Assembly (NCBI GenBank): GCA_963823135.1
Contig: CAWGKB010000003.1
Location: 414,289-478,288, forward strand
Source of the DNA: an uncultured Alphaproteobacteria bacterium
GTDB lineage: Bacteria; Pseudomonadota; Alphaproteobacteria; Rhizobiales; Xanthobacteraceae
Reading direction: 5' to 3'
Length of the DNA stretch: 64,000 nt
Of this stretch, positions 45,970 to 55,246 are shown piece by piece (position 1 is the stretch's first letter; each line of letters begins with the position of its first letter). Made by a program: the position numbers and the translations under genes. The notes under the pieces are model-generated. The model did no database searches. It was not told where the DNA came from and was given only the letters and a program-made list of their open reading frames with translations.

Positions 45970-47331
45970 ATGAGCATTGATCGCCGCCGTCTGTTCGCGG
46001 TCATGGCCGGGGCCGGCGCGATTGGAGCGGCCAGCGAAGTGCGGTCGATGCCGCTGCGCGACGCGACGCGCGCCGAAATCGACGCCGCCTCGCTCGGCGT
46101 GCGCCCGAACGCCGCCGACGACCAATCGGCGGCTTTGCAGCACGCCATCGAGCAGGCCGCGGCCGCGCGCGCCGTGCTTCGCCTGCCGCCGGGTTTCTAC
46201 CGCGCCGGCGCGCTACAGCTGCCGTCCCATGCGGCGATCGCCGGCGTTGCCGGTGCGACGCGCCTGGTGATGTCGGGTGGGCCGTCCATGCTGTCGGCCA
46301 CCGGCGCCGAGCATATCGGCATCAGTGGTCTCGTCCTTGACGGCGCCGGAATCCCGCTCCCGGAGCGGCGCGGACTTTTGCATATTGCTCAGGGCCGCGC
46401 CGTCCGCGTCGCCGATTGCGAAATCGTCAATTCCGGCCGCAACGGCATCGCGCTCGCGTCGGTCGAAGGCGACGTGAGCGGCAACACGATCAGCGGCGGC
46501 GACGCCGCCATTTTCTCGATCGATGCGCGCGGCTTGCGGATCGCGGCCAACACGATCCATGGCGCCGGCAACGGCGGCATTCTGGTCTGGCGCTCGACGC
46601 AGGGCGACGACGGCACGCTCGTTGTCGACAACCGCATCGACGGCATCATGAACAAGTCCGGCGGTTCCGGCCAATGGGGCAACGCCATCAACGTCTTCCG
46701 CGCCGACAATGTGATCGTGCGCGGCAACCGCATCCGCAATGCAGCCTTCTCCGCGGTGCGCGGTAATGCGGCGTCGAACCTGCAGATCGCCGGCAACACC
46801 TGCACGAACATCGGCGAAGTGGCGCTTTATGCCGAATTCGGTTTCGAGGGCGCAGTGATCGCCAACAACATTGTCGACGGCGCGGCGATCGGCGTGTCGG
46901 TGACGAACTTCAACCAAGGCGGCCGGCTCGCGGTGGTGCAGGGCAATTTGATCCGCAACCTGGTCGGCCGCCGGCCGCCCGGCACCGATCCGAATGACAG
47001 CGCCGGCATCGGCATCGGTATCGAAGCCGACACGGTGGTGACCGGCAACGTCATAGAGAACGTGCCCTATGCCGGCATCGCTGCCGGCTGGGGCGCCTAT
47101 CTGCGCGACGTCGCCATCACCTCGAACGTCATCCGCCGGGCTGAGTTCGGCATCACGGTATCGGTGGCGCCGGGCGCCGGCGCAGCAGTGATAACCGACA
47201 ACATGATCTCCGATGTCCGCAGCGGCGCAATCGTCGGCATGGAGTGGAAGAAGGTCGTCACCGGCGATCTGGCCAAAGACGGCGCCGCCCGCTATGCGCA
47301 GTTGTCGATCGGCGGCAACCGGGTGCGCTAA
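45970..47331 (+). CDS. TAT-exported parallel beta-helix repeat protein (TIGR03808-like)
   Basis: Twin-arginine signal (MSIDRRRLFAVMAGAGAIGAAS). Repeated ~22-25 aa units (I.GN.I.....GI) are typical of right-handed beta-helix proteins. Confidence 0.7.
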   Translation: MSIDRRRLFAVMAGAGAIGAASEVRSMPLRDATRAEIDAASLGVRPNAADDQSAALQHAIEQAAAARAVLRLPPGFYRAGALQLPSHAAIAGVAGATRLVMSGGPSMLSATGAEHIGISGLVLDGAGIPLPERRGLLHIAQGRAVRVADCEIVNSGRNGIALASVEGDVSGNTISGGDAAIFSIDARGLRIAANTIHGAGNGGILVWRSTQGDDGTLVVDNRIDGIMNKSGGSGQWGNAINVFRADNVIVRGNRIRNAAFSAVRGNAASNLQIAGNTCTNIGEVALYAEFGFEGAVIANNIVDGAAIGVSVTNFNQGGRLAVVQGNLIRNLVGRRPPGTDPNDSAGIGIGIEADTVVTGNVIENVPYAGIAAGWGAYLRDVAITSNVIRRAEFGITVSVAPGAGAAVITDNMISDVRSGAIVGMEWKKVVTGDLAKDGAARYAQLSIGGNRVR

Positions 47332-47405
47332 AGTGGCAGCTTTGTCGCATTAAAAGCGGAACCAGGATCGGCTAGCTTCGCGACGACGGTTCCCCAACCA
47401 ACGTC

Positions 47406-48758
47406 TTGATCATGGGTCGCATTGGAAGGATCGCCGCGGCTATTCTCGTCGGCGCGGCAATTCCGATTTTGGGTTTTTGGCTGGCTTTGACTTTCGGCAG
47501 AGAGCCGCCGTCCACCAATGGCGATCTGGTCGGCGCCGATCCAGCGCTGCCGCAGCCCGACAAAAGCTTGATACCGACGATCAACTTCTCGCAGGCGGAG
47601 CCTTGGCCGGCCGGCCAAAAACCCATTGCTCCGGACGGCTTCAAGGTGACGCTTTACGCCGCCGGCCTCGACCATCCACGCTGGCTCTACGTCCTGCCCA
47701 ACGGCGACGTGCTGGTGGCGGAAGCAAGCACTGCGCCGCGCGAACCGGAGTCCATTCGCGACCGAGTTCAATTCTGGCTGCAGCGCGGTGCCGGCTCGAT
47801 CAAACCAAGCCCCAATCGCATCACGCTCCTGCGCGACAGCCGGCTATCAGGCGAGGTCGACGGCCGGTTCACGTTTGCGTCGGGGCTGAACCAGCCGTTC
47901 GGCATGCTCTTCCTCAACGGGCAGTTCTACGTCGCCAACACCGACGGCGTGTGGCGCTTTCCCTATCATGACGGCGACACGCGTCTTGCCGGCAATGGGC
48001 AAAAAATTCTCGATCTGCCGGCCGGCGGTTACAACAATCATTGGACGCGTAACATCGTCGCCAGCCGCGACGGCACCAAGCTATTCGTCACGGTCGGCTC
48101 TGGCAGCAATGTCGGCGAGAACGGCATCGACAACGAGTTTCATCGCGCCAATATTCTGCAGATTAATCCCGACGGTTCGGGTTTGCGGGTGTTTGCGTCC
48201 GGCATCCGCAACCCGAATGGGCTCGAATACGCGCCGGGCAGCGATGTGCTTTGGACGGTCGCCAACGAGCGCGACATGTTGGGCAACGATCTGGTGCCCG
48301 ACTATCTCACCAGCGTGAAAGACGGCGCCTTCTACGGCTGGCCCTACAGCTATTGGGGCAAGAATATCGACCAGCGCGTCAAGCCGCAGCGGCCTGATTT
48401 GGTCGAAAAGGCGATCGCGCCGGATTATTCGCTTGGGTCGCACGTCGCCGCGCTCGGCCTTGTCTTCTATACGGCGGACGCTTTTCCCGCGCATTTTCGC
48501 GGCGGCGCTTTCATCGGCGAACACGGTTCGTGGAATCGCCGTCCGTTCACCGGCTACAAGGTCGTGTACGTGCCATTCCGCGATGGAAAACCGGACGGCA
48601 AGCCTGAGGATTTCCTGACCGGATTCATGCCGGCGGACCGGCCGGGCATCTCTTATGGGCGTCCGGTCGGCGTCGCGATCGATCCGACCGGTGCCCTCCT
48701 CGTCGCTGACGATGTCGGCAATGCGATCTGGCGTGTGGCCGCCGAGCCACGCTCTTAG
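47406..48758 (+). CDS. PQQ-dependent sugar (sorbosone/aldose) dehydrogenase, beta-propeller
   Basis: N-terminal anchor; motifs LPNGDVLVAE, NHWTRNI, GIRNPNGL, WTVANERD.LG.D.VPDYLT, GAFYGWPY. An ATG at 47412 is the likely start. Confidence 0.8.
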   Translation: MIMGRIGRIAAAILVGAAIPILGFWLALTFGREPPSTNGDLVGADPALPQPDKSLIPTINFSQAEPWPAGQKPIAPDGFKVTLYAAGLDHPRWLYVLPNGDVLVAEASTAPREPESIRDRVQFWLQRGAGSIKPSPNRITLLRDSRLSGEVDGRFTFASGLNQPFGMLFLNGQFYVANTDGVWRFPYHDGDTRLAGNGQKILDLPAGGYNNHWTRNIVASRDGTKLFVTVGSGSNVGENGIDNEFHRANILQINPDGSGLRVFASGIRNPNGLEYAPGSDVLWTVANERDMLGNDLVPDYLTSVKDGAFYGWPYSYWGKNIDQRVKPQRPDLVEKAIAPDYSLGSHVAALGLVFYTADAFPAHFRGGAFIGEHGSWNRRPFTGYKVVYVPFRDGKPDGKPEDFLTGFMPADRPGISYGRPVGVAIDPTGALLVADDVGNAIWRVAAEPRS

Positions 48759-48781
48759 AACGATACTCTCGTTCTCTAGTG

Positions 48782-48830
48782 GAGCATGATCTTTTCGGAA
48801 AACCGGCGGCCACTTTTCCGGATCATGCTC
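48782..48830. repeat. REP-like palindrome, short form (GAGCATGATCTTTTCGGAAAACCGG...CTTTTCCGGATCATGCTC)
   Basis: Near-perfect hairpin. Its last 2 nt overlap the stop codon of the 86-aa gene on the minus strand. Confidence 0.7.
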
Positions 48831-49089
48831 AGCCGGCCTGCCGAAAAAGCGTCTCGTCGCCTTCATCGTCCGCTTGGGGCGCCTCATCCTGTTGGAGGCC
48901 GGCGATCTTCGCCCAGGCGTCGCGCATGCCGACCGCCTCGCGCAATGCCTCGAGCAGCTCTTCGGCGGTGTAGTAGTGCTTCCAGCGGCCGCTTTCGCGC
49001 AGCTCGATGACATGGGCGCGGCGACGCTCCGCCAAGGCGTGCCATCTGCGCGCGATACTGTCGTACGGGCTGGTTTGCCGTTCCGACAT
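48829..49089 (-). CDS. Small conserved hypothetical protein (possibly TIGR03809-like)
   Basis: 86-aa charged helical ORF. From memory, a small alphaproteobacterial family is found near TIGR03808 proteins. Unverified. Confidence 0.45.
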   Translation of the reverse strand: MSERQTSPYDSIARRWHALAERRRAHVIELRESGRWKHYYTAEELLEALREAVGMRDAWAKIAGLQQDEAPQADDEGDETLFRQAG

Positions 49090-49387
49090 GAGAAAAGACC
49101 AGAAGTGCCCGTCCTATCGGGATTCGCAATGGTCAAGGGGACGCGTGCACGCGACACACGTTCACTGCCGACACAATTTGCGGTGGCAACCGGAAAACCG
49201 CGGAAGTCACAAACTTACTGGACAGGACAAGCCCGAGGAATCGTTCCACCTCACCGTGCACTGAAACTCACTTGGAACTTGCGGCTACGCAACGAAAATG
49301 CGCAGGCAGACCGACTCGTCCTGTGCACTGCTCGATCCTGAGTAAACTGATTCTGTTGATAAGTCTGTGGAAAAATACGGACCAGTG

Positions 49388-49460
49388 AAGCATGAGTTGT
49401 TTGGAAAACCGGCTTCCACCCCGGATCAAGTTCGGGGCGGGCTTTTTCCGAATCATGCTC
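49388..49460. repeat. REP-like palindromic element, long form
   Basis: Similar to the reverse complement of 6455..6527. It ends ...AATCATGCTC, overlapping the livM stop codon by 2 nt. Confidence 0.6.
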
Positions 49461-50430
49461 AGAGCGGCACCCGCAGAAGCTGCGCGATTTCGCCGACGAT
49501 GCCCCGCCGGAACAGCAGCACACAGACCACGAAAATCGCCCCCTGGATGACCAGCACCCATTGGCCGAACGGCGCCAGATAGTTCTGCATGGCGATGACG
49601 ATGAAGGCGCCGACCACCGGCCCGAATACCGTCCCGAGCCCGCCGAGCAGGGTCATCAAAAGCACGTCGCCCGACATGGTCCAATGCACGTCGGTCAGCG
49701 AGGCGAGCTGAAACACCAGCGAGTTCAGGCCGCCGGCTAGTCCCGACAAGGTCGCCGACAGCACGAAGGCGACGAGCTTATAGCGCTCGGTCTTGTAGCC
49801 GAGCGAGATGGTGCGCGGCTCGTTTTCGCGGATCGCCTTGAGCACCTCGCCGAACGGCGAATTGATGATTCGGTAGATCAGCAGAAAGCCGGCAAGGAAC
49901 ACGATGAGGACGAAGAAATACATCGTCATTTCGTGCGACAGGTCGAACAGTCCAAACAGCCTCCCGCGCGGCACGCCCTGGATACCGTCTTCGCCGCCGG
50001 TGAACTTCGCCTCGAGCGCAAAGAAATACATCATCTGCGACAGCGCCAGCGTGATCATGGCGAAATAGATGCCCTGACGGCGGATGGCGAGCCCGCCGGC
50101 AACGACGCCGAGCACAGCAGCCGTCGCCGTGCCGCCGACGAGGGCGAGCTCGGGCGGCCAGCCCCAGGTCTTGGCCGCATAGGCCGTGACGTAGCTCGCC
50201 CAGCCGAAGAACAAGGCGTGGCCGAACGAGGCCAAGCCGCCATAGCCGATCAGGAGATTGAAGGCGCAGGCGAACAAGGCGAAGCACAGTGCCTTCATCA
50301 GAAACACCGGATAGACCACGAACGGCCCGGCGACGAATACGACCACCATCACGATGAACGCGGCGCCAAGGCTCCAGTTGGCGTCGCGGGTTTTCGCGGC
50401 AACGATGGGCGGTTCGAGAGCGCGCTCCAT
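49459..50430 (-). CDS. livM: Branched-chain amino acid-type ABC transporter permease (LivM-like)
   Basis: The ATG at 50430 forms an ATGA overlap with the livH stop. LIGYGGLASFGHALFFG motif. The rest of the 645-aa ORF is an out-of-frame overlap with livH. Confidence 0.85.
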   Translation of the reverse strand: MERALEPPIVAAKTRDANWSLGAAFIVMVVVFVAGPFVVYPVFLMKALCFALFACAFNLLIGYGGLASFGHALFFGWASYVTAYAAKTWGWPPELALVGGTATAAVLGVVAGGLAIRRQGIYFAMITLALSQMMYFFALEAKFTGGEDGIQGVPRGRLFGLFDLSHEMTMYFFVLIVFLAGFLLIYRIINSPFGEVLKAIRENEPRTISLGYKTERYKLVAFVLSATLSGLAGGLNSLVFQLASLTDVHWTMSGDVLLMTLLGGLGTVFGPVVGAFIVIAMQNYLAPFGQWVLVIQGAIFVVCVLLFRRGIVGEIAQLLRVPL

Positions 50431-51383
50431 CACGCTCTCCGTCCGAACAGGCCGGCCGGGCGAATGAGCAACACGATCGCCATGATGACAAAGATCACGG
50501 TGTTCGACGCTTCCGGGTAGAACACCTTGGTCAGCCCCTCGATGACGCCAAGCGCAAAGCCGGTCAGGATCGCGCCTAGGATCGAGCCCATGCCGCCGAT
50601 CACCACCACCGCGAACACGACGATGATCAGATCGGTGCCCATCTGCGGCGAGACATTGTAGATCGGCGCCGCCATCACGCCGGCGAGCGCCGCCAAGGCG
50701 ACGCCGAAGCCATAGGTCAGCGTCACCATCAGCGGCACGTTGAAGCCGAAGGCGCGCACCAGCACCGGATTTTCTGTTGCCGCGCGCAGGTGCGAGCCGA
50801 GCCGCGTGCGCTCGATGGCAAACCAGGTGGCGAGGCAAACCGCGAACGACAGGACGATGACCCAGGCGCGGTAGTTCGGGAGGAACATGAAACCAAGGTT
50901 GCGGCCGCCCTGGAGCGCGGCCGGCGCTTGATAAGGCTGTCCGGACGATCCGTAGGCGTTGCGGAACAAGCCTTCGATGACAAGGCCGAGGCCGAAGGTG
51001 AGAAGCAGCCCGTAAAGCGGATCGAGCTTGCGCAGATGCTGCAGAAAGACCTGCTCGATAATCAGGCCGGTAATGCCGACAAGAATGGGCGCCAGGATCA
51101 GCGCCCACCAATAGCTGAGCCCTCCCCCGAAGTGCACCGATGTGAATGTCGGCGGCCATGTCCCGGTGAAGTGTGGGATCAGAAGGTCGAAGCCGTTGAG
51201 CAGAAAATAGGCGGCGAACGCGCCCATCATGTACTGGGCGCCGTGGGTGAAATTGATGATGTTGAGCATGCCGAAAATGACGGCAAGCCCGAGGCTGAGC
51301 AGCGCGTAGAACGAGCCATTGATCAAGCCGAGCAGCAACTGCCCGAACAAGGCCTGCGAAGGAATGCCGAAAATTTCGAACAT
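50430..51383 (-). CDS. livH: Branched-chain amino acid-type ABC transporter permease (LivH-like)
   Basis: LLLGLINGSFYALLSLGLAVIFGMLNIINFTHG is a typical LivH N-terminus. Confidence 0.85.
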   Translation of the reverse strand: MFEIFGIPSQALFGQLLLGLINGSFYALLSLGLAVIFGMLNIINFTHGAQYMMGAFAAYFLLNGFDLLIPHFTGTWPPTFTSVHFGGGLSYWWALILAPILVGITGLIIEQVFLQHLRKLDPLYGLLLTFGLGLVIEGLFRNAYGSSGQPYQAPAALQGGRNLGFMFLPNYRAWVIVLSFAVCLATWFAIERTRLGSHLRAATENPVLVRAFGFNVPLMVTLTYGFGVALAALAGVMAAPIYNVSPQMGTDLIIVVFAVVVIGGMGSILGAILTGFALGVIEGLTKVFYPEASNTVIFVIMAIVLLIRPAGLFGRRA

Positions 51384-51440
51384 GCCCTCCCCCCACCCGG
51401 CCGCTTGCCGTTGCAAGCGGCCGTTCGCATTTGCAATCGC

Positions 51441-52670
51441 TTAACCGCTGACCAGCGGACAGGCGCCGTCTTTCAGCGGCCGGAACGCTTCGGCCGCCGG
51501 AATGGTGGCGCGCAGCTTGTAGTCATCGCCCGGATATTTGGATTCTTCCGGCTTCTTCACCTCGAACAGATAAGCGTCGTGAATCTTGCGGCCGTCGACT
51601 CGGATCGAGCCCTTGCCGAACAGCGGGTCGTCGGTCGGCATCTCTTTCATCTTGGCGACGACGGCGCGGCCGTCGCTGTCGCTTTTGAGCGCCTCGACCG
51701 CTTTGAGATAGTGAATGACCGAGGAGTAGACGCCCGCCGGCACCATGCTCGGGAATTTGCCCGGCCGCGATTGCTGCCAGCGCTTGGTGAAGGCGCGGTT
51801 GGCTTCGGTCATGTCCCAATACCAGGTTTCGGTCAGCACCAGGCCCTGCGCCGTCTTAAGCGAAAGCGCCTCGACGTCATTGATGAACACCAGCAAGCCT
51901 GCGAACTGCTGGCCGCGGCTGGTGATGCCGAATTCGGCGCCCTGCTTGATCGCGTTGACGGTATCGCCGCCGGCATTGGCGAGCCCGATGATCTTGGCTT
52001 TCGAGGTTTGCGCCTGCAGCAGGAACGAGGAGAAATCGCTGGTATGCAGCGGGTGACGCACGTCGCCGAGCACCTTGCCGCCATTGGCGAGCACGACCTT
52101 GGTGGTGTCGCGCTGGAGCGCCTGACCGAACGCATAGTCGGCGGTCAGGAAGAACCAGGTATCGCCGCCGGTCTTGACCACCGCCTTGCCGGTGCCGTTG
52201 GCGAGCATCCAGGTGTCGTAGGTCCACTGGATCGTGTTGGGCGAACATTTCGGCCCGGTCAGATCGGAGGTCGCCGGGCCGGAGCCGAGGAAAACTTTGT
52301 TCTTCTCGCGGGTGACGTCGCTGACCGCCAGCGCCACACTCGAGGTCGGCACGTCGACGATGACGTCGACATGATCGACGTCATACCATTGCCGCGCCAG
52401 ATTGGCGCCGACGTCCGGCTTGTTCTGATGATCGCCGACGACCACCTCGACCTTCATGCCGTGCGCGGCGGGATTGAAATCCTCGACCGCCAGCTTGGCG
52501 GCGGCGACCGATCCCGGCCCGCCGATGTCGGAATAAAGGCCCGACATGTCGGTCAAGACGCCGATCTTGACGACGTCGTCATCCTGCGCGCGCGGGGCGG
52601 CGGCGGTGCCGATGAGGACGGCGAGCGCCAGCGCGAATGTACCAGCGTGCGTTCTGCCAGCCAGTCTCAT
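51441..52670 (-). CDS. ABC transporter periplasmic substrate-binding protein (type I, Leu/Ile/Val-binding-like)
   Basis: Signal peptide. VKIGVLTDMSGLYSDIGG is typical of the LivK-like SBP family. Confidence 0.85.
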   Translation of the reverse strand: MRLAGRTHAGTFALALAVLIGTAAAPRAQDDDVVKIGVLTDMSGLYSDIGGPGSVAAAKLAVEDFNPAAHGMKVEVVVGDHQNKPDVGANLARQWYDVDHVDVIVDVPTSSVALAVSDVTREKNKVFLGSGPATSDLTGPKCSPNTIQWTYDTWMLANGTGKAVVKTGGDTWFFLTADYAFGQALQRDTTKVVLANGGKVLGDVRHPLHTSDFSSFLLQAQTSKAKIIGLANAGGDTVNAIKQGAEFGITSRGQQFAGLLVFINDVEALSLKTAQGLVLTETWYWDMTEANRAFTKRWQQSRPGKFPSMVPAGVYSSVIHYLKAVEALKSDSDGRAVVAKMKEMPTDDPLFGKGSIRVDGRKIHDAYLFEVKKPEESKYPGDDYKLRATIPAAEAFRPLKDGACPLVSG

Positions 52671-52694
52671 GACAAACCTCCTTGTTTGCGGACC

Positions 52695-52736
52695 CTAGAC
52701 CACGATCCGATCAAGTTGGATCGGATCATGGTCTAG
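52695..52736. repeat. Palindromic hairpin CTAGACCACGATCCGATC-AAGTT-GGATCGGATCATGGTCTAG
   Basis: Seen directly, inside the liv operon between livF and the SBP gene. Confidence 0.7.
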
Positions 52737-52747
52737 ATTTTGCGGTG

Positions 52748-52796
52748 GAGCATGATCTTTTCCGAAAACCGGCTTCCACTTTTCGGGATCATGCTC
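52748..52796. repeat. REP-like palindrome, short form (GAGCATGATC...GATCATGCTC)
   Basis: Near-identical to 48782..48830. Confidence 0.7.
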
Positions 52797-52839
52797 TAGC
52801 CCGCGCGTCCGGCGCTTTAAGCGTGCTTGGGTCTTGATA

Positions 52840-53550
52840 TCAAACCCCCAGGTATTCGTGCAGCTTTTCGGTATTGGCCTTTAGTTGTGCGGCGGAGAAC
52901 TGATCGACGATGCGGCCGTGTTCCATGACGTAGTAACGGTCGGCCACCGTGGCGGCAAAATGGAAATTCTGCTCGACCAATAGAATGGTAAAGCCCTGCG
53001 CCTTGAGCGTCGCGATGGTATGCCCGATCTGCTGAATGATGACCGGGGCGAGACCTTCGGTCGGTTCGTCGAGCAGCAACAGCCGCGCGCCGGTCCGCAG
53101 GATGCGGCCGATCGCCAGCATCTGCTGCTCGCCGCCTGAAAGCTTGGTGCCCTGGCTCGCCAGCCGTTCCCTCAAGTTCGGAAACAGCTCGAAAATCCGA
53201 TCGAGCGACAGCCCGCCTGGACGCACCTGCCGCGGCAACAGCAGGTTCTCCTTGACGTCGAGAGTCGAGAAGATGCCGCGCTCTTCCGGACAAAACGCAA
53301 TACCCGCGCGCGCGATGGCATTGGACGGGCGTCTGATCAGCTCCCGGCCCTCGAACCGCACCGAGCCGGTGCGGCTTTCGATGATGCCCATGACGGCCTT
53401 GAGCGTGGTGGTCTTGCCGACACCGTTGCGGCCGAGCAGCGTCACCACTTCACCCGGCTGCACGTCGAAGGTGACGCCATGCAGGATGTGCAACTCGCCA
53501 TACCAGGCTTCGAGGTCGTTGACTGCAAGGAGCGCGCCGGTCTCAGGCAT
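52840..53550 (-). CDS. livF: ABC transporter ATP-binding protein (LivF-like)
   Basis: Walker A (GRNGVGKTT), signature (LSGGEQQM), Walker B (LLLLDEP). Confidence 0.9.
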   Translation of the reverse strand: MPETGALLAVNDLEAWYGELHILHGVTFDVQPGEVVTLLGRNGVGKTTTLKAVMGIIESRTGSVRFEGRELIRRPSNAIARAGIAFCPEERGIFSTLDVKENLLLPRQVRPGGLSLDRIFELFPNLRERLASQGTKLSGGEQQMLAIGRILRTGARLLLLDEPTEGLAPVIIQQIGHTIATLKAQGFTILLVEQNFHFAATVADRYYVMEHGRIVDQFSAAQLKANTEKLHEYLGV

Positions 53551-54298
53551 GGCCGGTCCCCAGATAGGCTTCGCGCACCGCGGGGTCGGCGGAGACTGTC
53601 CGGTAGTCGCCCTCGGCCAGCACCTGTCCGCGGGTCAGTACGGTAATGCGATCACAAAGATCGGCGACGACGCTGAGATTGTGCTCGACCATCAGCACGG
53701 TGCGCTTGGCGGCGACCGATTTGATCAGCGTGCTGATGCGGGCGATGTCCTCGCGCCCCATGCCGGCGGTCGGCTCGTCGAGCAGCAAAAGCTCGGGGTC
53801 GAGCGCCAAGGTGGTGGCGATTTCCAGCGCCCGCTTGCGGCCATACGGCAACTCCACCGCCAGCGCGCTGAGGTAAGGCGAAAGCCCGACGTCGGCGATG
53901 ATCGCCTTAGCGCGGTCGTCGAGGACGCGGAGCGCGCTCTTGGAGCGCCAGAAATCGAACGAGGAGCCGCGGCGGCGCTGCAGCGCGATGCGCACATTCT
54001 CCAGCACCGTGAGATGGGGAAATACCGCCGAGATCTGGAACGAGCGCCCAAGCCCGAGTTGCGCAACGTCCGCCGGCTTGAGCGCGGTGATGTCGCGGCC
54101 ATCGAACACGATGCGACCGCGCGTCGGCGCCAGAAATTTGGTGAGGAGATTAAAGCAGGTGGTCTTGCCGGCGCCGTTTGGTCCGATCAGCGCGTGGATG
54201 CTGCCGCGTGTGACGCGCAGGTTGACCGCGCGCACCGCGACAAAGCCGGCAAATTCCTTGGTCAGGTCCTCGGTTTCGAGGATCGGTTCTTCAGGCAC
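53543..54298 (-). CDS. livG: ABC transporter ATP-binding protein (LivG-like)
   Basis: Walker A (GPNGAGKTT), signature-like (LPYGRKRAL), Walker B (LLLLDEP). 8-nt overlap with livF. Confidence 0.9.
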   Translation of the reverse strand: MPEEPILETEDLTKEFAGFVAVRAVNLRVTRGSIHALIGPNGAGKTTCFNLLTKFLAPTRGRIVFDGRDITALKPADVAQLGLGRSFQISAVFPHLTVLENVRIALQRRRGSSFDFWRSKSALRVLDDRAKAIIADVGLSPYLSALAVELPYGRKRALEIATTLALDPELLLLDEPTAGMGREDIARISTLIKSVAAKRTVLMVEHNLSVVADLCDRITVLTRGQVLAEGDYRTVSADPAVREAYLGTGHA

Positions 54299-54394
54299 GG
54301 CGTTCCCCCACGCATTCCATTGTCAACGGCTTCACGGCGCGGGTAAAGGGCACGCAAGCGCGCACCATGCGCAAGTTTTCATCGCTACTGGTCT

Positions 54395-54555
54395 CCTTCT
54401 CCCCCGCGTGCGGGGAGAAGGTCGGGATGAGGGGGCCTCTCGGCTAACCTCGCGGCCAGAATCTGCACCGCCGCTTCGCTCAGAATCGCGGAGAAGCCCC
54501 CTCACCCTCGGTCGCTTCGCTCCCTCCATCTCTCCCCGCGCGGCGGGGAGAGATG
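54395..54555. repeat. Composite hairpin element with two CTCCCCGCG..CGGGGAG stem-loops
   Basis: A 10-bp stem (CCTTCTCCCC/GGGGAGAAGG, 54395-54421) and a 13-bp stem (CATCTCTCCCCGC/GCGGGGAGAGATG, 54527-54555). GATGAGGGGGC / GCCCCCTCACC inverted segments lie between them. A related hairpin is at 63387..63408. Confidence 0.65.
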
Positions 54556-55216
54556 CGAACATGCGAACGCGTTCTCGCGGCGCATGTGCGCCCGAGTTTT
54601 GCCGGTACGACGCGCAAGAAGCCGAACGTGATCCCGTCATGAGGCGCCGATGGTGGATCCCAGCTGCCTCCAGATCACGTTCAGCCAAATAAATCAGGAC
54701 GGCGAGACGCCGATAGACGCGTAGCCTTCCGTCCGCATCCTATCGGGATGCGGTCGCGACCCCAGCGGGGGCCGCTCGCCTGTCGGCGTCCCACCACGGC
54801 ACTTGCGGCAGCGAACGAACGCCACCGCTCAGCTCCAGAAACGTTCTTCCTGGGACGCGGCTCAAAAGCGGGCGTTACCCGCCCCGCCTGTCCCAGTCCA
54901 GCGGCATGGCCGCAGACCGGTCATAGTGCCGGCCGGACGTTTTCCCGAAGCCGCCCGGGAGCCAAGGTGACGAGCCTAAAGCCCGCGGGAACCGCTCTCG
55001 CTCCGCCAACCGGCGTGACCGGCTGGCGTCCTGTAGACGAGCGAGGTGATGAAGCATGTAGCTATATCGGTGACCGAAATCAAGACGCCGTCACGTTCAC
55101 AGTGACGTGATCGCTGGCGCCCTCGCCGCATGAAGGCGGTGCCTGTCACAGTTCCCTTGCACGGCGCCGGCATATTGACTGCGTCGGGGCGGCTCGGGCG
55201 GCTTTTCCGCACTGTA

Positions 55217-55246
55217 GCTGATGGGTTTTGGGCTGATGGGTTTTGG
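55217..55246. repeat. Perfect tandem duplication GCTGATGGGTTTTGG x2
   Basis: Seen directly, 42 nt upstream of the porin ATG at 55288. Confidence 0.8.

Noticed and set aside
50431-51396. Upstream two-thirds of the 645-aa ORF 49459..51396.
   Set aside because: It overlaps livH out of frame with a low-complexity translation. The LivM-like sequence begins at MERALEPP (ATG at 50430).
54748-55110. 120-aa ORF, with neighbouring ORFs, in the long intergenic region.
   Set aside because: The Arg/Pro/Ala-rich translation has no start context or motif and overlaps strong hairpins. It is most likely non-coding.
54700-55200. Possible RNase P RNA, cobalamin riboswitch or ykkC/guanidine riboswitch, because of GGAAAACGTCCGG, GGGTAACGCCC and GCCCGGGAG-like strings.
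   Set aside because: The diagnostic conserved blocks are absent on both strands: GAGGAAAGTCCGGGC and ACAGAACCCGGCTTA for RNase P, the B12 box AGCCAGGAGACCTGCC, and GGTCCGAGAG for ykkC. The region is kept only as an unclassified structured region.
55217-55246. Short direct repeats considered as possible CRISPR-like arrays: the 15-bp x2 repeat here, and the 20-bp x2 repeat at 16206-16307.
   Set aside because: There are only two units each. One is directly tandem with no spacer and the other has a single 62-bp spacer. The repeats lack the expected length or structure and no cas genes are present.
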